64,000 nt of DNA from positions 6,748,448-6,812,447 of the forward strand of contig BDGG01000002.1 of the NCBI GenBank assembly GCA_001949185.1. Reading direction: 5' to 3'. The notes under the pieces are model-generated. The model did no database searches. It was not told the DNA's origin and saw only the letters and a list, made by a program, of their open reading frames with translations. This DNA is from Ramazzottius varieornatus (Eukaryota > Animalia > Tardigrada). Made by a program: the position numbers and the translations under genes. The number at the start of each line of letters is the position of its first letter. Within the stretch, counting starts at the first letter, position 1. This document shows positions 10,801 to 24,800 of the stretch, in pieces.

Positions 10801-13800
10801 CGATACCAGTAGTTTCATGTGAGCTTACGGCCGTAAAGCTTTGCCTTCCAAATGACGCTCGGTTCCACGCCCTTGTAGCCCATTGTCTTTCCATTGAAGG
10901 CCGCGCACTGCTGTTCCCGGAAGTCAATTTGTCCAGCTTCGCATTCCTTGATGTTGCACGACTTGTACCGTTTCCGTTCTCCGATGCAGTACTTGCCTCC
11001 GTTCTCCGGCCTGCAATTAATAGTTCTTGTACCAGCGGTAGACCCTTCTGTGATGCGGAATGCACAGTACTCACTTTGGCCTATTACATTCCCGCACTTG
11101 TTCCTTCACTCCTCCTCCGCACGTTCTCGAGCATTTCCCGGGTGAGCTCCAGTCATTCCAGCCGCCGTCAATGGGCTTCAGAGGTTCGCGAAGATCTTTC
11201 TTGACACATTCCCCTCGTCTACACCACATGTTATTCGCACAGAATGTTCCATCCGCCCAAGGTAGGTGCTGTGTCCGGCAACCCGTTTGGTTCCCCAGGC
11301 TCGTGGTGCACCAAAGACGCTTACAGACCGGCATGAAAGGACAGACGGTTGCGCCTTCGCCGAAAACTAGCTGGCACTGCTTGTCAACTTCGAACATTTC
11401 TCCGGGAAAGAGGAAAGAGTGTATGGGCGACGACAGTCCGGAGTAGTCCTGACCGCCTTGAGTCAGGTAAGCTCGACCAGGAACCGTGGGGATGTTGTTG
11501 GAATTGGCGCCAGGTTCGTCGAGCAAGCAGCTTGCTTCTCCCGATTCCAAGAAGTCGGTCAATTTCTTGGCACTACAAGGACTCCAGCTCCACGGATTAG
11601 TGTTGTGATCCAAACGAGGTGCCATAACGCTGAGGAGAAGATCAGTTGAATCAGTTCTAATTAGAATACAGTAGTGCGGTAAATCTGAAATGGGCCAAAC
11701 GCGCTAAGTCGGCCACCCCGACTTCACCAAGCAACGGGGAGTCCGACTTAGCGTCCTTGCCTCAGGCAAACCAAGGCTTGATTGTACGTTTGTACTGTCG
11801 GTTTAAAAGAATTTTTTTCGGCCACTACTTTACCTGGTGAAAGGGGAGAACGTGGTCGGTAAATGGTTCCTACATACTCGATCGTCATCGTGAGGAATGT
11901 TGAACAAGTGACCGAGTTCGTGAGCGATGGTGAAGGCCGAACTGAGTCCGCTGTCTTCGACGATCGCGCAGGATTTCTGAGAGTTGCACATTGTGCCGAT
12001 TTCCGCAAGGCCAAGGGTATCGCACTTGTTCTTGATGCGACACAGATCTTGTCGAGTAAGCAGCAGGGCGGCATCGTGATGATAAGGATGAGAATCTTCC
12101 CCAGTGTTGTACGTGGACTGCCATTTGCAAAAGCTTTCTAAGGTGTCTTGTGCGCTCCAGCTGACGCGTGGTCCTTCGGATTCCGACTCCAGAACAACAA
12201 GCTTTGTAATGGAAATGGTGATGGAGTTCCCAATACTGCAAGCAAATCAGACAGCGGTTAATTTGTCCGGAAGATATAAGAGCTTTTCTACCTTACTACT
12301 TGTTAACCTTATCAGAAGAAAATTAGCGCCGACTTGACGACTTCCCTTTAAATTTTCTAGGGTACCCAGTTTCAGCAACACCCCAGGGCCCCAGGGAGCC
12401 GAAATTAAGCGCTTTGTGCTGTTTTTTTCGATTTTCAAAATTTTGTAGTCTTCGATTTTTCCCGGATTTTGTCCGGATTTGTCAGTGTTACTCTTGCTCT
12501 GCTGCATCTTCATCCCTTTGATGTAATCCTCGTCGGAAATGGCTCTACAGTCAAGTCCCACTCGCTGCGATCTTCTGTTCCAGGCTGACCGGGCAACCCG
12601 GTGGAATGGCTAGTGAGTACTTTATTTACTGTAGGAGTACAGCACTAATTATCCTTCCTACTCACCACATCAAGGGTTTTTTCTTTCCACGGTACGTACC
12701 TAGCGTCGCGGTAAATCATGCTGACGATCGACATCAGCGTCAAGATGTATTCATCCAGATCCCTCCCATGGAACTGCCGCATGGAAAAGTCGGCCACAAT
12801 CAGGAGCTCCACATGGTAGTCGAAGGCATTGGAGGCAAACTCGCTCAGATCCAGCTCCCTCTTCCTCCGGCCGGAACGAGGTACGGTTTTGTACAGCAGT
12901 GGGCTTACGGAGGTATGGATGTGATCGCTATTGGTGATCGGTCTGCTTTTGTAAATAATGTGAGGACTTGATCGTTTTCTGTTAGAGTCCGAATTTGAAG
13001 GCGTTAGGCCGCCAGCAGGTTGTATGGTGTAGTGACCATTGGCCAGCTGGAATGCGCCCATCTACAACAGAAATCGCCTTCTGTTCAGTTGTAGAAGCAA
13101 CTTTAGGGATTTTTAGTCTTTTCGTTGCTTTTGAGTGACTGTAGGGAGCGAGAAAGGCATTATATTCGCACCACCAAAGTCCAGGTTCGCTGGAACGGCT
13201 CTTCATCAGAAACAGGGCAAGGAGAGAGAATCGGTCCCCGTCGCATTTTGCATTGTGACGTCATCGTCATTGTGACGGTAAGGTGAAGGCAATGGGTGAC
13301 CGATTTGTTCGATATGATCAGACATGGCCCGGTCTTTGCCATGTATGATTCTGAGCTCAAAAACGGATCTATGTCTTGGCTTTTGACTCGAGCGAGGCTT
13401 CAGCTATTCGGGTAAAGATAGTCTTGATCGATTCCTGAAGCTAGTGACTGTAATTGAATCGGTAGAGATGTTCACGTCTTTGTTGACGAGATATGAGCAG
13501 GTAATTATTATCGCAGATCTATGTTCCCATTGTCCGTGAACTGCGCTGCATGTCGGCAGCTGAAATAATTTGTATGACAGCCACCTGTGCGCAGATTGTC
13601 GCCTGCAGTAATCAACCGTTTGACACAGATATCGTCGCATCAATGATTTCTGGCATATTGTTAGGGCTTTTCGAGTAGCGCCGCGAAGTACAGAAGAATC
13701 TTCAGCCTGCGAACTCGCACGACCGTCAACAACAGAGCTTACTAAGTGTTTCGAGATTAGATACATTTTGAGTTTTGTAAGATAACGAGCCAGAACACTC

Positions 13801-16800
13801 AGCAAAGTGTTAATTTATTCCGCGGCTAATATCAATGATGGAATATTCTAGTTGCAGGGGAACATCGCGGTCTCGAAAAGTTTGCTGAGGCAGCATTAGA
13901 GTTCGAGCGATATTGGGTTTTCAATCTATCTCAATCAGTGACTTTTGCGACGCAGAATGCTGGGGTAATTGTTCTTTTAATAGGTCAAATTAATTTTTTG
14001 GTAAAATAGTTCACATCATTTTGCCAATTCGCGATCACTAAGACACGCGAAGACGTTAGGCGACCAGTGCCGACCACTAGCGCGACTGTCAAACTGCACA
14101 CCCAGCTTGTCTTGTTTTGACATGGAATAAATCGTTGAAGCGTCCATCAGTGTCAACCGGTATATGGACGAATCTTTTTAATGGCTACTACTGCCCCAAT
14201 GGTTTTATGCAATCCGATAAATGGACATTACATGCCCAAGATCAATAAGAATGACCGGATTTACAACATGTCAATCTTTGAAGATACAGTTTAGCTCCCT
14301 GCGATGAAAATGGGTGATCTCCATTTAAGCAGTAAGCCTTATGAGTTGATGTAAACACGTGTTCCCAAGAGCTCCAACGGTCTTCTGACCATTGACGATC
14401 CGAAGGCTGAACTTCGAAATTTCACTTTGACTTCGACGGACAGTCCCTCTGTTTGTGAAGTTTTTAACTGCTGATGCGTTTTAAATCGAAATTTCTTTCG
14501 TTGGCCAGTTCAGTGATCAGATTCGATCATCACAAAGTCGTTATAATGTTTTGGTGGCAATTATGCATGGACGAGAGGGGGCTTTCGCTAAGCTGCTGTC
14601 AGGTTCAAAAAACACGGACAATAAAAAGTGATGCGCTTAACAGATGAGTTGCGGTTCGTGATGCGTCGAAGGTGGCGATCGCACGTGTGAGGGCGGTGTG
14701 GTCCTCGAACTTCCCACACGACGAACGTAACTGTCGACTTTAATACAAACAATCACGTAATAATGGGCCTCTTAGAAAAGTCGCTACAACGAAGTGCCAA
14801 GCGCTAGCGCCTCTTTGTCTAAGCTCTTGAGCTCTTGGTGGTTACCGCGGTTTGGCGTCACGTTGCATTAGCTTTATGGTAAGCGCATCCGGAAGAAGCG
14901 AAATATTTTCCATGGTCGATTTTCTTGCAGCGCTGGGTTCTCTGCGAAGAGCCCACAGAAACAAACGAACAAGTGCCACATTTTTTCAGAAATGATTTTG
15001 GTCCCATATTTAGCTCAGGAGAATAGCCCTAACCAACACGGTTCGACCGTACGTCAAGGAAAACACCCGCGGAAAAAATACGAGTGTGGGTAACCACCAT
15101 TTGTGCTTGTCATATTAGCCGGATAGGTCGTAAAAAACCGGACAAAAAATTATTTATAATCCGTAAATTGATGGTTAACATGCTTTTAACTGCGGGCGCA
15201 GGGCTGTTCCGACAGCTGGGCTCTGCATCTATTGACCTCTTCCGATTTGTCTTCTGGTACACAAAAAACATTTCCGAGTTGATAATCGGATCATTGCGAT
15301 GTGATTAACAGGCTTCAATAGGTATACTAACTTTCATACGTCCTGAAAATTGCTCACTGACCAGTGACCGAAAAATTGACTGTCTGTATCATCAAACGAG
15401 TTTTTGCTCACCAGTCCGTAGCGATGAGAACCTGGTACAGCATTCGGGTTCTTCGATGGCCTCTTCAAGTTATGCATCGTATTCCAACATAGATCCATAA
15501 CGGCTTTCGATTTAGAGTTGCCATTGACACTGCCGGTACGAAGACACCGCTGCAGCCAGTCTCCATCTTCGATGGACTGAGCCTCATCGAGCCAAGTGGT
15601 TGATTGGTTCACACGCTGGACGACGAAGTGGGGTGCGAGTATTCCAGAGAAAGGAGTTGAGGAAGTGGGTTCTTCGTTCCATTGAAAATTGAAACTCTTC
15701 CCGAAGGCTTGGATTATGTAGTTTGTCTCGCTCGTTGAGTTCGTTAAGCTGCGACGAAAACGAGATGTTTTGCTTTCGAATTCCTCGGCATTTGGTATCA
15801 TTGGGTACACCAGCTCGTACTCGTGAAGATCCAAACTGAGTCCTTCTAAAACAGTCAAAGCGAATTAGATATTATGTCAGTTCCAGGCACTAAAATTCTG
15901 TCTATTTTGGCAAGGGCTTTGAATTCAGTAGATTGAATGGATCATTTAATCAAGAAATATCTAATGTCCATAATTACCTTACACGAACCCTGGAGCGACA
16001 GTTCTCGTAACGATGCATGGGTGAGATTAAGTACCCGACATTTTTGAAAGCAAACGGCTAAAGTTTGCTCACGACCCAAAATAAATTCTTTTGTCGAACG
16101 AATTAGTCATAAGGACATTTCCTGCTGGTTAAATTGATATGTATGAGCGACTGCTCAGTTGACCAATTTGTGAGTGTCTCCAATTGGTTCGTGCTGGGAA
16201 TGTCCGTTGAAGGTTTTGAAAATTTGAGAGGAGCGTGTCTGACACTACGTTAACACCTTGTCAACATTTCAAGAGCTTCCAAAATTGAAACCATTTTTTA
16301 GATTATCACCCTAGCTCTTCTTCTAGGGAAGGTTCGTTAAACGTCGTGGGTTGCCCTGAAGACTACGCGACGAACATCAGACACAAACTTGTGAGGCTGG
16401 TATTCTCGAAAGGTGCGGTATCTGAATAATAAGAAGGAACTTGATCGTTTCATTGACTTTTTGACTCGTCTATAATTTTTTATCAGTTTTAGATGGACTA
16501 AAGATTCATGGCTTGCAACTCTGTATAGCGTGGTTACCTTGCGCTAGGAAGTAGACATGATGAATGTCATTGGCAATATTTGTAGTGTTGACATTTTTGA
16601 TTGTTCTTTGAAAATATGACTGAGGATGACAATCAACAATGCGGGAGGGCTTCGCTGTAGTGCCTAATCTGATTTCCCAAGGTTGACAACGCGGCAGCTG
16701 TTGGTGGAGAATGAATTTGCAATGAGAATGGGCCAGTGCAGTCTGCTGTCGAGACGATGACGTCCATCCTGTCCCAGTGGAAAGAGTCTGCCGGCTACCA

Positions 16801-17270
16801 TGAAGGAACTCATGTTGATCGGGAAGATTACACGCCCATCCAAATCCATTTTGGGCGGCTTCGTTATGCACTGTATGTTTATCGTCCTGTGATGAATTTC
16901 TTTGGTCATTTTGTGGGGACAAATTTATTAGTTTAATTTGCCGGTTCGGTCTGTCATCCCTGCAGCGATTCGCATCCCATCCGCACAAACAATCTGACAC
17001 AGTAATATTACTATCCCTTTGGTCGAAAGACTGACGCGGTCTTCTCGTAGGTTGGTGCCAGTTACGAGGCGATACGCTCCCGTACCCGCCAGAGCAGGTG
17101 TTTCGTCTCTCTGGCAAAATAAACAAGGAAGTCCGGCGTTCGGCTGGCGCAAACAGGTCGCAGCAACATGCTGAGCATGGAAGGCCTGGATGACAGGACA
17201 GAAGAAATGCTGCCAGAAGGATGCACAAGCATCTGAGATCCACGGGTAATGTGGTAAGAGCGAGAGCCAT
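4814..17270 (-). CDS. ADAMTS9/20/GON-1-like secreted metalloprotease, about 14 TSP1 repeats, multi-exon
   Basis: Signal-like MALALTTLP...CILLAAFLL exon (17270-16538, 5' end less certain); prodomain exon 15845-15412; furin site RRKR; Zn motif [12 protein letters not shown] (11887-11922); disintegrin-like, central TSP1, Cys-rich, spacer and about 13 C-terminal TSP1 repeats; TAG at 4814-4816. Confidence 0.93.
5026..5077. repeat. Internally deleted copy of the palindromic N25 element (ADAMTS intron)
   Basis: Left-arm ctgaaccagatcg joined directly to right-arm ccactttggaaaacgatctggatcg. Confidence 0.55.
7257..7307. repeat. Palindromic N25 element core, copy 1 (ADAMTS intron)
   Basis: ccaaatggtgtac-N25-gtgcgccacttgg with arms gacaagattgtttt / aaaaaataacgatctggtc. 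Confidence 0.8.
8763..8811. repeat. Palindromic element core, copy 2 (ADAMTS intron; 23-nt loop)
   Basis: ccaactggcgcac-N23-gtgcgccactcag with arms ggcaaacagacccgacaagattgttctc / gaaaacgattcggtcgagttggcttgcc. Confidence 0.8.
11702..11753. repeat. Intronic inverted repeat (hairpin)
   Basis: cgctaagtcgg...ccgacttagcg is a perfect 11-bp stem, with an inner ccccg/cgggg pair. Confidence 0.7.
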
Positions 17271-20200
17271 CAGATCTGAGGCGCAATTGCCAGCAGCAGC
17301 TAAGCAGCAATTTTGCAAGCGAAATAAGCAGCAAAAGATCGAAAGCTGAGGACTTCATGAACGAAGTAGGTAATCCGATCTTAGTTCCAAGGGTCGCAAC
17401 AATATCGAAAAGAAGAAAATCACAGGGATAGTTTTTCGCGATGTTTCCGCCAGAGAGCCATTGTGAGACATCGAGGGAAGCAAAAGCCGGAAAGCTCGAT
17501 TGTCCGGATGTAACTGGGATGTTCATGACCATTCCAAATAGCCACCGACATTCGAGCCGGCAAGAAAGAGACAATCAGGCATTATCATGGGAGAATATGC
17601 AGAAAAACCACGGAGAACTCTGGCTGTCTTTGGCCGTCTTTGGCCGGGTCCACGATTCGCACAATATGATATTCAAAATATTTGACACAGAGAATTCCAG
17701 CACCGGGTGGTTTTCTTGGCCGCAGAGTAAAAATAGAAGAGATAAAGATTATTGGCAACAGAACCAGGTTAACTTACAAGACGTTGCTGTGCTGCTGCTG
17801 GATGGACAGATAGAAGAAAATGTATTGTGGGGTACTACACTCCATGTGTCAAATGAGGATCGCCACGTCTGGTTAAAATGCACGCAGTTGGCCCATTAAA
17901 GACATGTTTGATATAATACTAAAAACAGAGCATTCCTCGCCCGCAGCCATCGCCTTCCTTTTGTGAAAAGAATCACCGCGCGGAGCGGTATTGATAGTTG
18001 ATGGCGTTGAAATCCAGGTACGAATAGTCTTCCGGACAATGAAGCGGTGAAATGTGTCAGATTATATCAACTGTGCAGTGTAGCGTCAAAGACATGCATA
18101 CAATGAGTTTCTTCCAGGACAATCAAGAAGTATGTCCGTAAAACGTGTCGGAAGACCGGTCAAGTTAAACGTTGGAAGGAATTCCGTATCGGACGCTGAC
18201 AGATGGTTCCCACGCAAAGCATCCTCTACCGGCCAAAGATGTCCGTCGTACCACCACCAAGAACCTTAGCTTCGGCGACCGATGGCTGCGCTAGCACATC
18301 CGACTACTTGCTAGACATAATGATGATACATGTTCGTTCGAACACAGCTGTGGTGTATAGGAAAAAAGTCAGCCGCAAACACGAGTCAAATGGAACGGTA
18401 CAGATGACGCCAATACGGGTCTAGGGCAACCAATAGCAAATTGTGGTGGCGCTTTTATTTACTTGCGTGGAATGCTCCAAGGCACTATGCCTCAATTGTC
18501 GATAGATTGACAGTCTGTTAGTAGGTATACATAGTAGCGGCGTCGTTATAAGGCATAACTCACTCTTTTACTCGAGGTTCTTCGCTGATCTGGAGTACTA
18601 TAATACAAAATGTCTTCGTTCCGAACGTTCTGCAGGGTATAATAGGCGGGCAGACGCGCGTGGAATGGATGGAAGATGAACCGTGGTACGGCGAAAATTT
18701 TGGCAAATGTGACTGAATATGTACGACCTAAGTACGTCTTATTTTCCAGCGCGTTCAGAAGTGCTCTTTACACATAGGCAACCATCCGTAGGAAAGCTGC
18801 GGAGCAAGACCATATAATGCTGTAGATAACTATGTATATTATGTCTATCTTGTTGTGATCCATCCTACGTGGCGCTGCCCGTATCAGCGGTGTATATTAT
18901 AGTGTCGGTAAAAGTTATAAAAAAGCAAAATGTCGGCTGTTTTCAAGAGGCTGTTATTCAGAACTAAAGTTAAGAACAGTCTTTCCACTAGAATTAGAAG
19001 TAGCCGGCTTATGGCTCCTTGAAGAAATCGAAGAATCTTATCCGGTTCTCAGAGGTGCGATTTGCAAGGTTCTCACACCAGCCCACACCTTCTTTAGGTT
19101 TTTCCTTCAGCCAAACTTCAAATTTTTCAAATTTGGCGTAAACGTGATGGGTTATGACGTTACTTGCCTCGACGGACCTGTAATGCGATCTGCGACTGAG
19201 TTATGTAATGGCCCCATGCGAGCTCGTGCCGTGCATTTTTCGATATGCCGATGTTTTTTCCTACTGTGACGAGCCACTTGCTTCGTTTGGTAATGTGTCA
19301 CTGGGAGTAAGAACTAGAATGTCTGATTTTTGACAGCAGAAACGCCCTTTTTGCGCAGTTTCGACACGTTCTTGACTGTCTGCAGACCAGTTTCCGTTGA
19401 ACGTTCTGACATCTTGTCAGATACAGGCAATATTCAGTTATTCATTCACTGGATATATACTTCCTCTTTCAATAAAAGACAGGCTTCTTCTTTGTCTGTC
19501 ACCAGATAGAGCTTGAGGGGCCTGCTGATAAATACCTTCTGTAAAACCGTGTTTGCTGTGATCAACAGGAACAGTACACGGGTACGATGTTACTGGGCTC
19601 CGCATTGGCTGCGCAGACATTAATGAAATATTTAACATTATCCCTGCTGACTTCGACGATGGACAAAGTCGATCCGGTTGCAACGAAAAGAAGGCGCATA
19701 GCTAGAGGTTGAATATTTGCCTATGAGGTCCACCTAGCGACCCATGCCGCGTTTATTTGGGGCATCATTTCTCTGTATTGTCTCGCAAATTGTTCAAATA
19801 GCGCGAAACCTACATTTTATGCTGAATATGAATGGCCACTATTCTAACGTTAGCTGTGACATTGTGTAATGTGGACAAGCAAAAGCCATATTTCGGCGGC
19901 GAGAGGACAATAGATATTTCAACAGACAAGTAGAGGCGTGTTTGCTACTCGCCTGATTTCCACTTGTTACACCATGTCAATCGTCGCTCGATCGCCAGCC
20001 GTCAAAAATGACCATGGCCGGCTAGTTATCTCGCGTGACTTTTCCTGCATGCACGCTTGACTGCTGTTCTACCACTCTGGTTCTACCCACCGCACTGGCA
20101 AATCATGTTTTCCTTTCATGGAATAGATTTTTAATTGACCGATGTGTCGAAAAGTCTACGGTACATGCCGTCAAAATTATGTCGGACACAGAATATTCGT

Positions 20201-20332
20201 CCATGGAAAACTTCAAGTCTTTCAGCTCATATGTCAACATCAATTAGGGGGCTGTTTTTTTCTCACTGGACGTCGTGGACGATCTCAGACTGATACGGGA
20301 CGTGGGTAAATGATTTGAGCCAGACCGCTCTC

Positions 20333-20383
20333 CCGAGTGGCGCACACTTCTATCTAAGAACAATGCGAACATGCGCCACTTGA
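20333..20383. repeat. Palindromic N25 element core, copy 3 (intergenic)
   Basis: ccgagtggcgcac-N25-atgcgccacttga. Confidence 0.8.
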
Positions 20384-21822
20384 GGTAATGATCTGACTCA
20401 GCTCATTCTGGCCACGGTTTACAGTATACTGTTTTACCACTATTAAGCATGTATGGTCCGAAGAAAAACTCAGACGGGGCTCTGCAGTTGGAATGCAAGA
20501 TCGTAAACGCGTATAATATTATTGCTTTCTCATCAGATCGAGCGAACTTGAACTGCAGTCTGTATTAGGGAAAGTCGTTGGAGTACCACCCGGTACGTTC
20601 TGCTCTGTGTGACATCCTTCCGGGATCTAATTAAAGACGGAGCACCGCAGGCAGACATAAAGATAATAAATCCACGTTCGATCGCTGTGAAATATGGTAA
20701 TGCCTTTGATCGTTTGGCAGCCACCACGAAGGAAGTGAGATATCTGGGTATCTCGAACGAAATAGTTCAGCCAGATGTCTTATGTTAGGGTGAGGAGGGT
20801 CAAACCATAGCTCGGTCTTTGGGCCTCGATGAAGTTTGGAGTCTCCTCATTTTCGGATGTCGAGGACCTGCTCACACTATTCTCGGCGGCCATCTGGCAC
20901 CTCGTAATCCATTTCTCATTCCACGGTCTCCGACCGTCGAGCTCTATGAGTCGGTATTCTTCGAAAGAAAAAACCGCTCTTTCATTCACGTAATGCTCTT
21001 ACTCCGAGAAACGGCTAGTGCCGACCGGATCACTTCTACTTCTGAAGAGGATGCGTTTTTCGTTAACTTTGTTGCAAGCATGACAAAATGAAGTTTCTGA
21101 CACACGCGCAGCGCCACCTATTTTCCAGTGGAAAAGTATACTGGAACTTCGCTGAATTTCGCTCAGCTTTTAAAAGAACTTTCCAAAGCTTCCAGCGCGT
21201 GGGTAGGTCGTTAGAAAAACTGATATCATAATGCTTCTTTTTCTAGGTCAATGAGGAAACGATAAGCGCGCGCAACCGCGAGTACGTCACGCTTCACGAT
21301 CCCGGAATGCATAAGTATTGCTACTGTTGAGATCACCGTCTGTCTTCTTTACATGGGATTATTAATATAATTATTGGAGAAGCGTAACAAGGCGCCTAAA
21401 CACGCAATGCCCGCAGTCTAGGTCAGGACTTGCCAGTCCAAAATAAACTTACTAATAAAGTTAGGCTATAGGGGCTACGGTAAAAAAAGAACAAGGTTTG
21501 AAACAGAAAGTATAAAGTGTATACAGACATGACTACAAACCCCATCAAGCAAACGAGATGTAGTGAGTGTGTAACCAGCGTCTGTAACGAACGAAAACAT
21601 TCAAGCAGGAAAAAGAGCGCCACTTCCAAGATGCCACATGAGTAGTCAAACATAATACGAGACATGATTCGACGAAAGAATATTTCTTGCAGGTATATTC
21701 AATAAAAGAGGAAAGCCGCATTGAGCTTTCACAAGAAAAGCCTCTTTGCTCGCTATGCTCCACCAACTTCTCTCAAACGACAACCACCTCAATTTACCTC
21801 AACTTGGCCAATTTCGTTCTTT

Positions 21823-24800
21823 CTATTCAGCTAAAGCCCCATTTCCCTCTTGGGGATTACAGATCACCATCAAGCAGCCAAGTTCTTCGTCGCGGACTGT
21901 CGTGCCGTTGTCAGGCATGATCAGCGTCGGCATGTCTTCGCCCACAATCTTGTTGGCGAAGCCGCAGGTCGGGAAAATGTAGACGATGGCTTGTTGTGCG
22001 TTGATGACACCAGCCGCGTCCTTCTCCAAAAGGTAGCTTTGCAGGTGCTTGAGGGTCTTTGTACCGGCTGCTTTCGTTGGAGCGTCGAAGCAGAGCATAG
22101 TCGCGCTTTCGGACATGCTCATCTTGTCCGTCACGTCTTTCAACTTATCCTCTTCCAGACGAAGCCTTCTTGTAATCTGGAGTTCTTGGCCTTGTGACAG
22201 CACCTGCAAAAAATATATTGCCAGTATCGCTCGCTTATGCGAAATTACTGGGGTCGGCAAACGAAAGGTAGAAGATCGTTATTTCAAGTGGCGCATGATC
22301 TCATTGTTGTTGGATGGAAGAGTGCGTCACGTAAAATGACAATATTGTACGTTTCGTCTTCCGGCCTCTTCTAGTTTATTCTGGAATTTATTGCATTGTG
22401 GCTAAGTTTGCGCATATTCTTCTGGAGCGCATGCGTACATCGTTCAGCCAGGCGATGGGACCTCGCAGAAGGTGGCCTGCGATATGGTAGCTTGTGCTCT
22501 TGAGGGTAATGGTTCCTTTCCACACAGGGCTGGACTTCTCCTTGAACTGCGTCAGAGTTTCTGCAGGTCGACTCCTGGTCTTTGTCTTATCACCATTTCG
22601 TTTCTCTCTTCTCTCCTCGGGAGGTGGTGTTACAGACTCATCCCGAACGATGCGCTTGGGCGGACGTTCTTCGGGTTCCGACTCGGCATCCACGGACCTC
22701 TGACGTCTCTTAACCTACTCAGAAACATACGCGTGCTATGATCATGCGAACTGAAGATCCACAAAGTAAAACAAATAAAATATCTAAAATTTTCAGAAAA
22801 ACGGAAACCTGGTGAACAGATCCGACAATATTGCTCTCCCAAGTGGCGCACGTTTCCAGTATTACTGGCAATTAGCGTGCGTCTCTTGGGGAAAAACGAT
22901 CGGGTCGAGTTTGCTGGCGCAGGTCCCAATTTAGCTTTTTCCTTTATCATGAAACACAAATACAAAATAAAACCATAACAAGAAAGAAGGAACTGCATTT
23001 GACAGGAACAGGCACTTCTCTTACCTCGCGAATGGCAGGAGAGGGTGATCGCGATGTGGACGCCACCTTGCGCCGTCGATCGGCTTCGCCACTTCCTCTC
23101 GAGACATCGTCTCCACCACGACGTCTGGCGCTAGTGGAGCCTTCTCTTTCTCTCCCACCAAGCTTCGGTAGGTATGGGTCCGAATCTTCAGCATAATCGA
23201 CTCGAATGCGGACTTTCTTTGGACCTCGATCACCATTGATCTTGAAAACTGCGCCTCGCATTGTAGTCACCGCCTCCTGTGACGCCGAGATCGACGCGAA
23301 GGTAATGTAACCGTAGTGCTCTCCCCGAACATAGTCGATCTGCAAATATTCCCATATTATGAAAGAAGGCTGAAATAATACTCAGGTGCTACTATAGTTT
23401 CGAAAATCCACTCAGGGAATCCTGCACAGACATCATTTTACAATGTATACCTTCTTAATGAGTCCAAAGCGATCGAACTCATCGTTGAGTCTACTTTCAT
23501 CGAGGTCGGAGGCAACGCCGGCGTAATGCAACCCACCAACCCACACTCTGGCAGTAGGATTGGTCTTGCCATACCCAATCTTGCACTGGTAGTTACCGAT
23601 CCTCGAGCCACTCAACGCGACCTTCGCTCGGTATGCCATGTCCAAAGTGAGGAAGCGCACGAACGAATACGCGTTCCCCGAACCTACAATCGAAATCCAA
23701 CATGTTAATCTGAACCGTCAGCTCACATGAATACGGAAAGGGGTAACTCACTTCCGCCTGGTCGCTTGATATCGATATCCTGGACCATTCCGTACTTGGA
23801 GAAGATGCTTCGAAGCAGAGACTCTGTCACACCGTACTCCAGATTACCAACGAAGAGTGTCCGTGTAGCTTTGTCGTCGTCTTCGGGAGCTAGATGGGTC
23901 TGTTCTTGTCCATTGGTACCATTACCGTTGCTGACAGAACCCATTCGGTTCATCGAACCACCGCGGTCCACTGCAGACACAGAAACCAGTTAGACAGAAA
24001 CCTTCCAAAAAATCAATGATAAAATTAAGGTAAGATGGTAATAAGTGACGATTAGGGGACGAGTCAAGATAGATTGGGGGATAGCAAGGAAGTAGCATTT
24101 TAGAACGAAAAAAGAAGAAGAGAAGGATGAGAGAGATACCCCATTCGCGCGCGGAGCGATCTGTGGCAGTGGCGGACATTTGTCGTCTGACAGCTCCACC
24201 ATGACTCAGCTGCATCATACCTGGATCTCGCATGCCTACATCCCGCATTCCCATGTCTCGCATCCCACTGCCCATTCTTGAGGGGAACGCCGAACGCATC
24301 GGGGGAGGAGAGTCGTCCATGCGCCCACGAGCTCCTCGACCAGCAGTCTGCGCCACTTCAACCGTGCACACCCGATCATACAGCTCGATCTCCCCCGCCT
24401 GCCACACAAACTTCGCGTCGGTGTCACTCACGAACTGAACCATGGCTTCTCGATCACTGCTAGATCCCCGTCGGACCTAGAACGACCCCAGAAATACTAC
24501 TTTCATTTCTGGTTGGGAAATGGGAACCTAAGCAAACAGAACTCGACCAGATAGCATTTGCAAGTGGTGCATGCTTTGGGTCAACAACACTGAAAATGTG
24601 CGCCACTTGACAAGGATCTCTCGCCGTGTCTGTTTGTCAAGCTGCCATCTCATTGAAATCATTTCGGAATGTTCTAGACTTGGAGTGTTCACTCACGAAT
24701 ATAGTAAATTTTACAGCTCAGTGAAAAAAGGATCTGCAAACCTGGTTGACTTTTCCGTAGCGTTTCTCCATGGCTCGGAAGACGTCCATTTCTCGCCAGT

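Noticed and set aside
20500-21090. Possible small spliced orphan gene on the minus strand
   Set aside because: Needs a very short intron and weak donors; no recognisable homology
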